A DNA stretch of 63,895 nt from an uncultured Clostridia bacterium. GTDB taxonomy: Bacteria > Bacillota > Clostridia > Christensenellales > Borkfalkiaceae. Position 1 is the stretch's first letter; each line of letters begins with the position of its first letter. A program made the position numbers and the translations under genes. Below are positions 37,221-46,611 of this stretch, piece after piece. The stretch lies in contig CANRFW010000001.1 of the NCBI GenBank assembly GCA_947630035.1, forward strand, positions 1-63,895. The letters are read 5' to 3'. Under the pieces are notes generated by a model. The model was not told where the DNA came from and did no database searches. It was given only the letters and a program-made list of their open reading frames with translations.

Positions 37221-37260
37221 GTATTATGTCAGACATAAATGCCGTATTATGTCAGACATA
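37221..37260. promoter_or_regulatory. Two direct copies of a 17-bp element containing the palindrome TATGTCaGACATA (candidate operator pair)
   Basis: GTATTATGTCAGACATA occurs at 37221-37237 and 37244-37260, a 23-bp period, in the divergent radical-SAM/metK intergenic region. Confidence 0.5.
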
Positions 37261-37382
37261 GTATTTCTTTTTGCGCCTTTTGCCCTCTTTTCCGCCCGTT
37301 CCTCCCGCTCCGCCCCGCGCCCTTTGCTACATGGCGGGGCAGCTTATTTCCTTCCTTCCCCGATTCCGATCGCCGTAATCGG

Positions 37383-37411
37383 TTGACATTTCCCGCGCGG
37401 TTCGGTATAAT
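37383..37411 (+). promoter_or_regulatory. Consensus sigma-A promoter of metK
   Basis: TTGACA (37383-37388), 17-nt spacer, TATAAT (37406-37411). A 27-nt leader with SD AGAGGAAG follows. Confidence 0.7.
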
Positions 37412-37438
37412 AGAAAAGATCGACAAGAGGAAGTACAT

Positions 37439-38602
37439 ATGAGAAGATTTTTTACGAGCGAGAGCGTGACGGAGGGTCACCCCGATAAAGTGTGCGACAA
37501 CATTTCGGATGCCGTCTTGGACGAGCTTCTTCGCCGCGACCCCATGACGCGTGCGGCGGTGGAGTGCTGTGCGGCGTACAACACCCTCATGATCGCGGGG
37601 GAGGTCACGAGCAAGGCGCAGGTGGATTACGAGGCCATTGCGCGCGATGTCATTCAAAAGATCGGCTACTACGCGGGGGACTTCGCCTACGACAAGTGTC
37701 ATATCAACGTCCTCATCCATGCGCAGTCGCCCGACATTGCCCTCGGGGTAGACAGTTCCCTCGAGAACAAGGCGGGCGGGGAAGAGAAGGATCTCATCGG
37801 TGCGGGCGATCAGGGCATGATGTTCGGCTACGCCTGCCGGGAGACGGAGGAGCTTATGCCCCTGCCCATCGTCCTCGCGCACAAACTCGCAAAGCGCCTC
37901 GCCGATATCCGTAAACAAAAAATCGTGGACTATCTCCGTCCCGACGGCAAGACGCAGGTCACCGTCGAGTACGAGGGCAAGACCCCCGTCCGCGTGGACA
38001 CGGTGGTCATCTCCGCCCAGCACAACACCAAGGTCTCCCACGGGCAGATCGAGAGGGACATGAAGGAGCTTGTCGTAAAAGAAGTCATCCCCGCCTCCCT
38101 CCTCGACGGGAACACCAAGTATTTCATCAACCCCACGGGCAGGTTCGAGATCGGAGGTCCCGAGGGGGACTCGGGGCTTACGGGCAGGAAGATCGTCGTC
38201 GATACCTACGGCGGCAGGTGCGCCCACGGCGGCGGGGCGTTCTCCGGAAAGGACCCCACCAAGGTGGACAGGAGCGCCGCGTATATGGCGCGCTATATCT
38301 GCAAGAACCTCGTTGCGGCGGGGCTTGCGGACGAGGCCGAGCTGCAGATCGCCTATGCGATCGGCGTCGCCAACCCCGTCTCCGTCTTCGTCGATACCTT
38401 CGGCACGGGGAAACTGCCCGACGATAAGCTCGCCTCCCTCGTGCGGGAGAAGTTCGATCTCCGTCCCGCGGCGATCATCGATGCCCTCAACTTGCGCCGT
38501 CCCATCTATTCGGAGACGGCGGCTTACGGCCACTTCGGGCGGGAGCAGTTCCCTTGGGAGAAGTGCGACCGTGCGGAAGAACTTGCAAGGCTTTTGAAAT
38601 GA
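37439..38602 (+). CDS. metK: S-adenosylmethionine synthase
   Basis: 387 aa with motifs [25 protein letters not shown] and [16 protein letters not shown]. Confidence 0.96.
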   Translation: MRRFFTSESVTEGHPDKVCDNISDAVLDELLRRDPMTRAAVECCAAYNTLMIAGEVTSKAQVDYEAIARDVIQKIGYYAGDFAYDKCHINVLIHAQSPDIALGVDSSLENKAGGEEKDLIGAGDQGMMFGYACRETEELMPLPIVLAHKLAKRLADIRKQKIVDYLRPDGKTQVTVEYEGKTPVRVDTVVISAQHNTKVSHGQIERDMKELVVKEVIPASLLDGNTKYFINPTGRFEIGGPEGDSGLTGRKIVVDTYGGRCAHGGGAFSGKDPTKVDRSAAYMARYICKNLVAAGLADEAELQIAYAIGVANPVSVFVDTFGTGKLPDDKLASLVREKFDLRPAAIIDALNLRRPIYSETAAYGHFGREQFPWEKCDRAEELARLLK

Positions 38603-39155
38603 GAGCGGCCGGAAAGGCAAGGAGCGCTGCAAAGGACCTTGCCGTTGTGGGACTCGGGACGGCGATCGTCACCGTCTGCGCATGGATCTCCATCCCCATA
38701 GGCACGGTGCCCTTTACCTTGCAGACCTTTGCGGTCGCGGCGGTAGGGGGGCTGCTCGGGTGGAAGCGGGGGAGCCTTTCGGTGCTTGCCTATCTCCTCT
38801 TGGGGCTTGTGGGCGTGCCCGTCTTTGCGGGATTCAAGGCGGGGCTTGCCGCCCTCATGGGGCCCACGGGCGGCTACATTTTGGGCTGTCCGTCGCCGTT
38901 TCGGGCTTTGCCAAGCTCCTCCCCGTGAAGGGCAGGGCGGCGCGCACGGCTCTTTTTTATGCCTTCATGCTTCTCGGCCTTGCCCTCTGCTACTTTTTCG
39001 GCACGGTGTGGTTCGTCACCGTATACGGCGGCGGGTCCGCGGTCACGGCCCAAGCGGCGCTCCTTATTTGCGTCGTGCCCTATATCTTGCCCGACCTTAT
39101 AAAACTTGCGCTCGCCGCCTTTCTCTCGGTGCGGCTCGAGCGGTTTGTCCCGTAA
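38599..39155 (+). pseudogene. bioY: BioY-family biotin transporter S component, frameshifted in a T-run
   Basis: The N-part (frame of 38599) reads PFTLQTFAV...VPVFAGFKAGLAALMGPTGGYI. The C-part continues in the frame of ORF 38682..39155 (FGLSVAVSGF...VPYILPDLIKLALAAFL). The frames switch at TTTT 38879-38882. Confidence 0.75.
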
Positions 39156-39172
39156 AAATTTCAAAAAAACGC

Positions 39173-39213
39173 TTGCCTTTCGGAACCGTTCGTGCTATCA
39201 TTATCGGTAATCA
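39173..39213 (+). promoter_or_regulatory. Ferritin promoter with an overlapping Fur/PerR-box-like half site
   Basis: TTGCCT (39173-39178), 17-nt spacer, TGcTATCAT (to 39201). The reverse complement of 39193-39213 contains GATAATGATA, matching the first 10 nt of the classical Fur box. Confidence 0.4.
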
Positions 39214-39228
39214 AAAGGAGGCATTTGT

Positions 39229-39747
39229 ATGTTGGATAAAAAAATTGCGGATCTTCTGAACGATCAGATCAACAAGGAACTCTACTCGGCGTATCTCTAT
39301 CTTGATTTTGCGGATTATTACGCCGACGAGGGGCTGGACGGCTTTGCCCATTGGTACGAGGTACAGGCGCAGGAGGAGCGGGACCACGCCTTCATGATGC
39401 GCAGATACCTTCTGAACAACGGCGTGAAGGTGGAACTCAAAGAGATCGCCGGGCCTGATAAGACGTTCAAAAACCATCTCGCACCCCTCGAGGCGGGGTA
39501 CGCGCACGAACAGTATGTGACTTCGCTTATAACCGCCATCTACCACGAGGCGTTCGGGCAGAAGGACTACAAGACCATGCAGTTCCTCGATTGGTTCATC
39601 AAGGAGCAGGGGGAGGAAGAGACCAACGCCGAGGATATGATCAAGAAGATGAAGCTCTTCGGCGGGGACGCCAAGGGACTTTATGCCCTCAACCGGGAGC
39701 TTGCGGGACGGGTGTACGCCCCCTCCGCGACAGGCCCCGCCATGTAA
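39229..39747 (+). CDS. ftnA: Non-heme ferritin
   Basis: 172 aa. LNDQINKELYSAYLYLDFA and EERDHAFMM are ferroxidase-centre motifs. Confidence 0.92.
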   Translation: MLDKKIADLLNDQINKELYSAYLYLDFADYYADEGLDGFAHWYEVQAQEERDHAFMMRRYLLNNGVKVELKEIAGPDKTFKNHLAPLEAGYAHEQYVTSLITAIYHEAFGQKDYKTMQFLDWFIKEQGEEETNAEDMIKKMKLFGGDAKGLYALNRELAGRVYAPSATGPAM

Positions 39748-39772
39748 CTTGCCGTTTGCACGGAAAAGCGTG

Positions 39773-39806
39773 AAAAAACGTCCGCCCATACGAGCGGACG
39801 TTTTTC
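39773..39806. terminator. Bidirectional hairpin terminator
   Basis: An A-run, the stem ACGTCCGC/GCGGACGT, then a T-run, between convergent ferritin and the glycan-locus genes. Confidence 0.7.
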
Positions 39807-39817
39807 TATGCTGTTTT

Positions 39818-40678
39818 TCAGACGGCGGGGGAGAAGAGCAGGCCGAGGACGCGCTCGATCTCCCTCTCCGCGCCGCCTTCGTCCACGCCCTCCGCGACGG
39901 TGAACTTCCCGTCCTTTGCGGGGGAAAAGCGCATTCCGCCCTTGCCGTCCGTCACGATATTCCCCCGCGGGGAGAACGTGAAGAGATCGGGGCGGAAGAC
40001 GGTGAGAGCGGTGAGGGGGTCCCAGCTCTCGCGGAGGATATCCTCCGTCTTCCCGAACGCGCGGGCGGCGAGCGCGAGGCACATGCCGATGGGCCGCTCC
40101 CGTCGGGTGAGGTAGGTCCTGCCCGTAAACACGCGGTTCCCCGTCTCATAGGGGAGGATGACCCCCTCGCAGGGGAGATGCGCGAAGACGTAGTCGGTTG
40201 CGGCGGCGTCGGCAGCGGCGTTGAACTCCGCGAACGGTTCCGTGAAGGTGCCCGCCATGAGGTGGACGCGCTCCGTCTTTGCGGCAAAGAGTTCGGGTTC
40301 CGCCCGCAGAAAGGCCGCGAGGTTGGTGAGAGGCCCCACGATGACGGGGACGACCTTCTCCGCCTCTTCATAGAGGGCGCGCCAGCTTTCAAGCACCTCT
40401 CCCGCACCGTCGCCGGCGGAGAACGTAGTGCAGACCTTGGTGGCGTAATGGTCGAAGGCGTCGCTCGGGAGGGGAATCTCCATGCGGCAGAGGGCGGGCT
40501 GTTTGCCGTATTCCGCGGCAATGGCGCGCACCGTGCCCGCCGCACCGGGCCTTGCCGTACTCAGGGAGACGAGAGGGAGAACGCATTCTCCCTCCCGCTC
40601 TTTGCCGAGCAGATAGCCGAGGGCGACGGCGTCGTCGCTGTCGGCTCCGATATCCGTATCGAGCAGAACCGTTGTCAT
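39818..40678 (-). CDS. Nucleoside hydrolase-like (IUNH superfamily) protein
   Basis: 286 aa. The N-terminal acidic cluster is LLDTDIGADSDDAVALGYLL. ATGA overlap with the upstream gene. Confidence 0.75.
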   Translation of the reverse strand: MTTVLLDTDIGADSDDAVALGYLLGKEREGECVLPLVSLSTARPGAAGTVRAIAAEYGKQPALCRMEIPLPSDAFDHYATKVCTTFSAGDGAGEVLESWRALYEEAEKVVPVIVGPLTNLAAFLRAEPELFAAKTERVHLMAGTFTEPFAEFNAAADAAATDYVFAHLPCEGVILPYETGNRVFTGRTYLTRRERPIGMCLALAARAFGKTEDILRESWDPLTALTVFRPDLFTFSPRGNIVTDGKGGMRFSPAKDGKFTVAEGVDEGGAEREIERVLGLLFSPAV

Positions 40679-43551
40679 GATACCTTGGTGATCCTGACGT
40701 TGTCGATGATGACTTCGCCCGCCTGATGTGTCCCGATGAGGAGGTAGTAGTCGCTCGCATCCCCGACGGTGGCGGTGACGGTCATGTGGTAGACCGTGTT
40801 GAGTTCAAAGGTCTTCCCAAGCTCGTTGGTGACCGCGAAGTTCGTCGCGCCCACGTCGCCCGCCGAGCCGCGGAGGAGGCAATAGCAGTTGCCCGGGGTC
40901 CCCGTCACGGGGTTGCGGCACTCCTTTATGACCTTGTAATCGAACTCGATCGTGTAGGTCGCGTTCGCCTCGAAGGTGACGAAGCGGGGGTTGCTGTAGA
41001 GGAACTCGAACCATTCGAGATAGTCCTCCACCTCGGCGCGGTAGGTCGTGTAGTAGTCCTCGATGAGGGAGGTCACCGAGCGCTTGCCCGAGATCACCTT
41101 GTCGGGATCGGAGGTGTAGCTGCCCCAACGGTTGAAGCCGTAGGTCATGAGGCTGCCGTTCATCGGCTGATCCTCGAATCCCTCGAGGATGCCAAGCCCC
41201 TTGTCGATCGTCGGGCGGGTGTTCACGACGCTCGCGTGCGCCTCGCCCGCAACGGTCTTGACGCCGTCGAGCTGGGTGAGGAGGACGTTGTCGAGCATGT
41301 AGGCGCCCGTACTCTTCATGCCGAACGTGAGAACATAGTCTCCCTCTTCGGGCACGGTGAAGACGTAAGTGTATCTCTGCACGCCCTCGTCCTCGCGGTT
41401 GAGCCACTCGCCGACGGGGATGCGCTCCTCACCGCGGACGAGCATGAGGTAGAAGAAGGCGCCGTTGCCGCCCGCCTGGGTGACTTTGGTCTCGAAGGAG
41501 ACGCGGTAGGAAGCTCCCTTTTTGAGGGTGAACACGTTGGGGTCCACCTGAAGGAGATCGTTCCAATCGCTCGAAAGGCCCACAAGCTCCACGCTCGAGG
41601 CGCCCGCGATCCCGCCGTCCTCTTGGGAGACGAGGTTGGTCTGCTCGAGGTAGAGGGGATAGTAGACGGCATCGGACTTGGTGAAGTCGTAGTTGTCGAA
41701 GCTCTCCGCGTAGCCGCCGACCGTCGTGATATACACCTTTTCCACCTTGGCGGAGCCGAAGTTCTCGCTCCCCACCGTGATGCCGTTCGCATCCGTGAGG
41801 GCGGTGAAGGAGACCGACTTCTTGCCCGTAAGCCCCGAAACGTCCTGCCAGCGGAGGAGTTCTCTCGGCTTGCTCTCGTTGAGGGTCAGGGTAAGCCCGT
41901 CGTTCGTGCCGTATTTGAAGTCGGCAAGGTCGAAGTCGGGGGTGTAGTCGAAGGTGACGGTATAAGACTGTCCCTTCTTGAATTTGTACGAAGCAAGCCC
42001 CGCGGCGTCCGTTGCGGTGAAGAGCTTGGAGGGAGCCTTCACGGAGTCTGCGACCTTGATTGTCCCTACTTTATACACCTTGCTCTCATACTCTTCCGCC
42101 GTGCCCATTGCCATGCGGATGGCGGGGGCGCCGCTCCCGTCTACGATGGCATAGGCGAGGGTGTATTCGCCCGCGGGAAGGTCGGGAGTGAGTTCGGTGT
42201 AGTAGTTGACGGGTGCGCCGTTGAGGACGGTATGTCCCGCAAAGTTGCCCGTAAGGCTGCGGCAGACTTCCTTGCCCTGCCCGTCGAGGAGGAGGACGGC
42301 GAGGTCATATCCCTCCATCCAGAACCTGCCGAGGGCGGAGTTGGAGAGGGTGGTCTCCACCGTAAAGCTCTTGCCCTTCTGTACCGTGTTGGGGAAGCGC
42401 GCGCTGTCCACCGCAAAGCGGTAGCCGAGCTTCTCGTTGCCGCGGTCATACATGCGGTTGCCCTCGATCTCGATGAGGCGGGCGACTTCGCTGTTGATAT
42501 GCCCGAGAACGGTGCAGTAGTTGGGGCGCATGGTGAAGAGGATATCCTCGATGCTCCCCACGGTGTCCATGCCGTATTGGCGGTTCAGGGCGGGGTCTAC
42601 GCCGTCCATGAACTCCCCGCAGATGGGCAGGTTCTTGCCCGAGCGGAAGAACTCGGCAATGAAGCGCCCGTCCTGCGTGTAGCGGATGATATTGCCCGCA
42701 CCGCCGTCGCGGCGGATGGAGACGTTCTCGTGCGCGGTCGTCGCATAGTCGAGCGCCTGCCATGTGTAGTAGTCCTCATAATTTTTGGCGACGGCATGGG
42801 GGGACATTGTCTCGTCGAACTCCCACGTCGCGGAGAGGAAGAGGACCTTCCCGCTCTCCGTAAAGGCTTCCGCATAGGTATCCACGATCTTCTCGAGGGT
42901 GGAGATGCGCTCGTCCATATCGGCGAAGTCATGCCCCGAGTGCCACTCGCCCCACTTGCCGTAGCCGCGGATATCCACCGTCTCGACATAGGGGTTGTCG
43001 CCGTACTTTTCGGCGAGCGCCGCCATGAAGCGCTTGAAATAGAGTTGGTACACGGGATCGGTGAGATCGGCGAGCAAACAGTCCTTTTCCGCGCCCCACT
43101 CATAGTCTACGCCGTACTTTTCACGCAGCCAGAAGGGGCTTCCCGCATGGGTCTCGGGGAGGGTCTGCGAGTCGGTGCAGATACGCAGGTTGATGCGCTT
43201 GCCGCGTGCCACCCAATAGTCGATGACCTCGTCGATGCGCGACCAGTCGTATACGCCCTCTTCCTGTTCGATCATGCCCCAGGTATCCTGAATGCCGATC
43301 ACGTCCACCTCGTCCATTTGTCCCGAGACGCCGAGGTCGGGCTTGCCCTCCCAGCTCGTCTCTTCGAGGGTGATCCACCCCATGCCGGGGTTATGGAGGT
43401 TGCCCGAGATCTTTTCGGGCTGTACCACGGTGTAGGAGGAGGGGACGGTCTCGACGACCTGTTCGGAGGGGGTCGCTGCCCCGCAGCCCGCCGCCGTAAG
43501 GCCGACGGCGAGCGCGCAAGCGGAAGCCAACGCTTTCGTTGCTTTTTTCAT
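40675..43551 (-). CDS. Large secreted lipoprotein, TIM-barrel glycoside-hydrolase-like (GH42/DUF4832-like) with C-terminal CBM-like modules
   Basis: 958 aa from MKKATKALASACALAVGLTAAGC (lipobox). The region HNPGMGW...YDWSRID...YGKWGEWH is typical of DUF4832-type putative glycosidases. The C-terminus holds beta-sandwich-like repeats. Confidence 0.6.
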   Translation of the reverse strand: MKKATKALASACALAVGLTAAGCGAATPSEQVVETVPSSYTVVQPEKISGNLHNPGMGWITLEETSWEGKPDLGVSGQMDEVDVIGIQDTWGMIEQEEGVYDWSRIDEVIDYWVARGKRINLRICTDSQTLPETHAGSPFWLREKYGVDYEWGAEKDCLLADLTDPVYQLYFKRFMAALAEKYGDNPYVETVDIRGYGKWGEWHSGHDFADMDERISTLEKIVDTYAEAFTESGKVLFLSATWEFDETMSPHAVAKNYEDYYTWQALDYATTAHENVSIRRDGGAGNIIRYTQDGRFIAEFFRSGKNLPICGEFMDGVDPALNRQYGMDTVGSIEDILFTMRPNYCTVLGHINSEVARLIEIEGNRMYDRGNEKLGYRFAVDSARFPNTVQKGKSFTVETTLSNSALGRFWMEGYDLAVLLLDGQGKEVCRSLTGNFAGHTVLNGAPVNYYTELTPDLPAGEYTLAYAIVDGSGAPAIRMAMGTAEEYESKVYKVGTIKVADSVKAPSKLFTATDAAGLASYKFKKGQSYTVTFDYTPDFDLADFKYGTNDGLTLTLNESKPRELLRWQDVSGLTGKKSVSFTALTDANGITVGSENFGSAKVEKVYITTVGGYAESFDNYDFTKSDAVYYPLYLEQTNLVSQEDGGIAGASSVELVGLSSDWNDLLQVDPNVFTLKKGASYRVSFETKVTQAGGNGAFFYLMLVRGEERIPVGEWLNREDEGVQRYTYVFTVPEEGDYVLTFGMKSTGAYMLDNVLLTQLDGVKTVAGEAHASVVNTRPTIDKGLGILEGFEDQPMNGSLMTYGFNRWGSYTSDPDKVISGKRSVTSLIEDYYTTYRAEVEDYLEWFEFLYSNPRFVTFEANATYTIEFDYKVIKECRNPVTGTPGNCYCLLRGSAGDVGATNFAVTNELGKTFELNTVYHMTVTATVGDASDYYLLIGTHQAGEVIIDNVRITKVS

Positions 43552-43564
43552 AAAATCTCCTTTA

Positions 43565-45673
43565 TCAGTGTTTCTTGCGGACAAAGAGGACCGCGGAAAC
43601 GCCCGCAACGGTGAGAGCGGAGAGGATCGCCGCGCCCGTGCCGATCACGCCGCCGCAGCCGCCCTTCTTCTCGGGCTCGGGATCGGTCGTGCCGGGATCG
43701 GAGGGTTCGGGTTCGGTGGTACCGGGATCGACGGGGTCGGTCGGGATCTTCTCAAACTCCACTTCGAGTTTGCCGTTCTTCTCGACGTTCTCGGCGACAT
43801 ACTTTCCGCCCGTGAGTTCCACGGCCTTGTTGTTGTACTTCACCGACTTCACGCGGTAGCCCTCGGCGGGGGTGACGGTGTAGGTCGCCGTGCCGCCCTC
43901 TTGCACGCTCGCCGCATCCACGGTGACGGTGCCGCCGCCGTTGGGGGTGACGGTGTAGGTCATGGTGTAGGTGGGGATAGCGGCCGCGATGACGGCAACG
44001 GTGATATCGCCCTTCGCCTCTGCGATGACATACTGCCCGTCGGTGAGGGTGACGGTGTCGCCGTTGACGCGGACGGTCAGAATGCGGTAGCCTTCTTCGG
44101 CGGTCACGGTGAGGGTGACGGTGTCGCCGTATTTGTAGCTGTTGATATCCTTGTCGGTGGTGACGGTCGCGTGTTCTTTCGTGACCGAGATCGTGATGGG
44201 TTTCTTCTCGAATTCGGCGGTGATGGCGTGATCGGCCTCGACGTTTTCGAACTTATACTTCCCGTCCGTGAGTTGGGCGTCCTCGCCGTCCACCTTGAAG
44301 CTCTTGAGCTGATAGCCTTCCTCGGGCACGACGCTTACGGTGAGGTCGTTCCCCTTGTAGGGATTGAACGTCTCGGCTTCGATTTTGCCGTGACCGCTCT
44401 CCGACTTCGCGGTGATCGTATGGTTGACGCGCTCGATTTTCAGATTGTCGAGGATGATTGCCGCTTCGGTACCGACAGAAGCAGACTGTGCCACAAACTT
44501 AGGTTCCTGATGGTTCCCTAATTGGACAAATTCGAAAGAGAGTTTTCCTTTCTTCGCACCCTCGCCCTCGTACTCGCATTTAAGATTGGTGATACGCGCA
44601 AGCAAATCTTGCCTAACGTTTTCAGGTTCGGCGTAACTATATTTATTAACTCCTTCGGTACCGGCAATGATTGCAATTCCGATAATATCGGTATCGTTCG
44701 TCATCTCGCCATACTGTCCTTTCCAGCAGAGGTAGAACTTTGCAATATTTTGGAGATCGAAATCAAAGGAAATCCGATAGTTTGCTTCCGGGCAAAGAAG
44801 TCCGAGGCGGTTAATATAGAACTCATCAATCCATTCTCTGTTTACATCCGAATTGCTGAGTTTGAGCGCATGGTTTCCCGCTTCCCCGTACGCAATATTT
44901 TCGGCGGTAAAATGATCCGACTCTTTTACATAAATGTGACTTTCAGCTTCCTCGTATTTTCCCGTATCTTTGTTTTCAAAATCGTAGTTGATTACAGCGG
45001 GCGTCTCCTGGACAAGGATATCGTCCACGGTGAGAGTGGTGCCTTCTTTCGCCCCTTCTACTGAAAATCTAATAAATCCGGGTCCGTTATCCTCATTGCT
45101 GTGGTTTGCCGTAAAGGTCATGCGGAATTCATGAGTTTCGGGAATATAGCGGATATTCGAGATATTTTTACTTCCACCTTGAATCAAAACCTTGTTGTCG
45201 GGATAGACGTTTGCGCTTCCCCAACCCTCGATGGAATGTCCGCCATCACTGACATATTGCACATAGATGAAATCCGCATTTTCGAATGTCATTTTCATCG
45301 AGAGGTCGTAGGATACCCCGAGAACGGAGCCAGGCAGGTGTACGCCCCCCAAGTTCGAAGTACCGGTACTGCTCGCGGTGAATCTGTACGCTTTGCTTCC
45401 GCCGAAAGCCTCCTCGTTGACGACTTGTCCGAGAGTATAAGACAAATCCCACACTAAATTGTTTGTAGCGTTTAAGATGCTATGTGCTTCCGTGAACGTC
45501 TCGCCAACCGTGAGATCTTCGAAATCGAGAGAAACAATCGGCTTCACCGAGCCGATATCCGTCTCCGCGGGTTCCGCGGCGATCGCGGCGACGTTCCCCG
45601 CAAGCCCCGCAACCAATCCGAGCGAGAGAGCGAATACGCCCGCACCCGCCATTGCTTTGTACAGTTTCTTCAT
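43565..45673 (-). CDS. Cell-surface glycan-binding protein: signal peptide, two CBM-like modules, three InlB B-repeat-like domains, Pro/Thr/Asp linker, C-terminal TM anchor
   Basis: 702 aa with three tandem repeats of about 75 aa (EEGYQLKSFKVDGE.., EEGYRILTVRVNGD.., AEGYRVKSVKYNNK..). The C-terminus reads GAAILSALTVAGVSAVLFVRKKH. Confidence 0.7.
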   Translation of the reverse strand: MKKLYKAMAGAGVFALSLGLVAGLAGNVAAIAAEPAETDIGSVKPIVSLDFEDLTVGETFTEAHSILNATNNLVWDLSYTLGQVVNEEAFGGSKAYRFTASSTGTSNLGGVHLPGSVLGVSYDLSMKMTFENADFIYVQYVSDGGHSIEGWGSANVYPDNKVLIQGGSKNISNIRYIPETHEFRMTFTANHSNEDNGPGFIRFSVEGAKEGTTLTVDDILVQETPAVINYDFENKDTGKYEEAESHIYVKESDHFTAENIAYGEAGNHALKLSNSDVNREWIDEFYINRLGLLCPEANYRISFDFDLQNIAKFYLCWKGQYGEMTNDTDIIGIAIIAGTEGVNKYSYAEPENVRQDLLARITNLKCEYEGEGAKKGKLSFEFVQLGNHQEPKFVAQSASVGTEAAIILDNLKIERVNHTITAKSESGHGKIEAETFNPYKGNDLTVSVVPEEGYQLKSFKVDGEDAQLTDGKYKFENVEADHAITAEFEKKPITISVTKEHATVTTDKDINSYKYGDTVTLTVTAEEGYRILTVRVNGDTVTLTDGQYVIAEAKGDITVAVIAAAIPTYTMTYTVTPNGGGTVTVDAASVQEGGTATYTVTPAEGYRVKSVKYNNKAVELTGGKYVAENVEKNGKLEVEFEKIPTDPVDPGTTEPEPSDPGTTDPEPEKKGGCGGVIGTGAAILSALTVAGVSAVLFVRKKH

Positions 45674-45725
45674 AATATTCCTCCGTTTTTTATTTTTTGT
45701 CCGCTCTGCGGACACGATTCCTTTT

Positions 45726-46610
45726 TTATTCCTTGATCCCCGTCATCACGATGCCGTTCGTAAAGGCCTTCTGCGAAAAGGCGTACACGGCGATCGAGGG
45801 TAGGGAGAAGAGGACGCAGCCTGCCATGATCTCATTCCACCGCGGTGCGGTGAACATACTGCTCTTTGCCTGCAACAGTCCGAGCGAGAGGGTGTATTGC
45901 GCCGTGTCCTTAAGGTACAGGCTCGGCCCGATATAGTCCGACCACTGTCCGTTGAAGCTGAACACGAGAATGGTTACGAGAATGGGCACGCAGTTGGGCA
46001 AGATAATGCGGAACAGAATGCCGACTCTCGAACACCCGTCTATAATGGCCGCCTCGTCGAGGCTCCGCGGGATGCCGCGGTAGAACTGCACGAGCATGAA
46101 CACGTTGAACGCGCCGCCCCCGATGGAGGGGAGCATCAGCGGCCACTTGGTGCCGATAAGCCCCACCTTGCTCCAGATAATGTAGGCGGGGACCATGGTC
46201 ACCACCCACGGGAGCATCACCGTCGAGAGCAGAATGGAGAAGCATATCCCCTTGCCCTTCGCGTTGAAGCGGGCGAAGCCGTACGCCACGAGGACGGAAC
46301 TCAACGTCCCCACGATCACATTGAAGAGCAGGATCTCAAACGTGTTCCCGAGGAGCCGCAGCACCTCGATTTGCTTTAAGATCGCCCCGTAGTTCTCGAA
46401 GTGCAATCCCCGCGGGAGGCGGAGGGGGATCTGAAAGATCTCCGCCGAGGTGCCGTACATGGAGCAGATGAACATCCACACAAAGGGGAGGGCGACGAAC
46501 GCGCCGAAGAAGAGGGCGAGAACGGTATTGATGATGCCGAACACGGTCTTCTTCGTCTTGGTCCTCGTCCGCATTTTCGGTTCGGGACGTTTTGCCTGTT
46601 TCTTTCCCAT
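45726..46610 (-). CDS. Carbohydrate ABC transporter permease (MalG-like)
   Basis: 294 aa with 6 TM segments and the EAA-type loop SLDEAAIIDGCSRVGILFRIILP. Confidence 0.88.
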   Translation of the reverse strand: MGKKQAKRPEPKMRTRTKTKKTVFGIINTVLALFFGAFVALPFVWMFICSMYGTSAEIFQIPLRLPRGLHFENYGAILKQIEVLRLLGNTFEILLFNVIVGTLSSVLVAYGFARFNAKGKGICFSILLSTVMLPWVVTMVPAYIIWSKVGLIGTKWPLMLPSIGGGAFNVFMLVQFYRGIPRSLDEAAIIDGCSRVGILFRIILPNCVPILVTILVFSFNGQWSDYIGPSLYLKDTAQYTLSLGLLQAKSSMFTAPRWNEIMAGCVLFSLPSIAVYAFSQKAFTNGIVMTGIKE

Positions 46611-46611
46611 C

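Noticed and set aside
37262-37438. An expected SAM-I (S-box) riboswitch upstream of metK.
   Set aside because: A consensus promoter at 37383-37411 leaves only a 27-nt leader. The upstream sequence shows none of the conserved S-box helices or motifs by eye. An Infernal scan would be needed for certainty.
38554-38598. An upstream extension of the BioY ORF into metK.
   Set aside because: The extension overlaps the conserved metK C-terminus. The ATG at 38599, overlapping the metK stop (ATGA), gives the expected BioY N-terminus.
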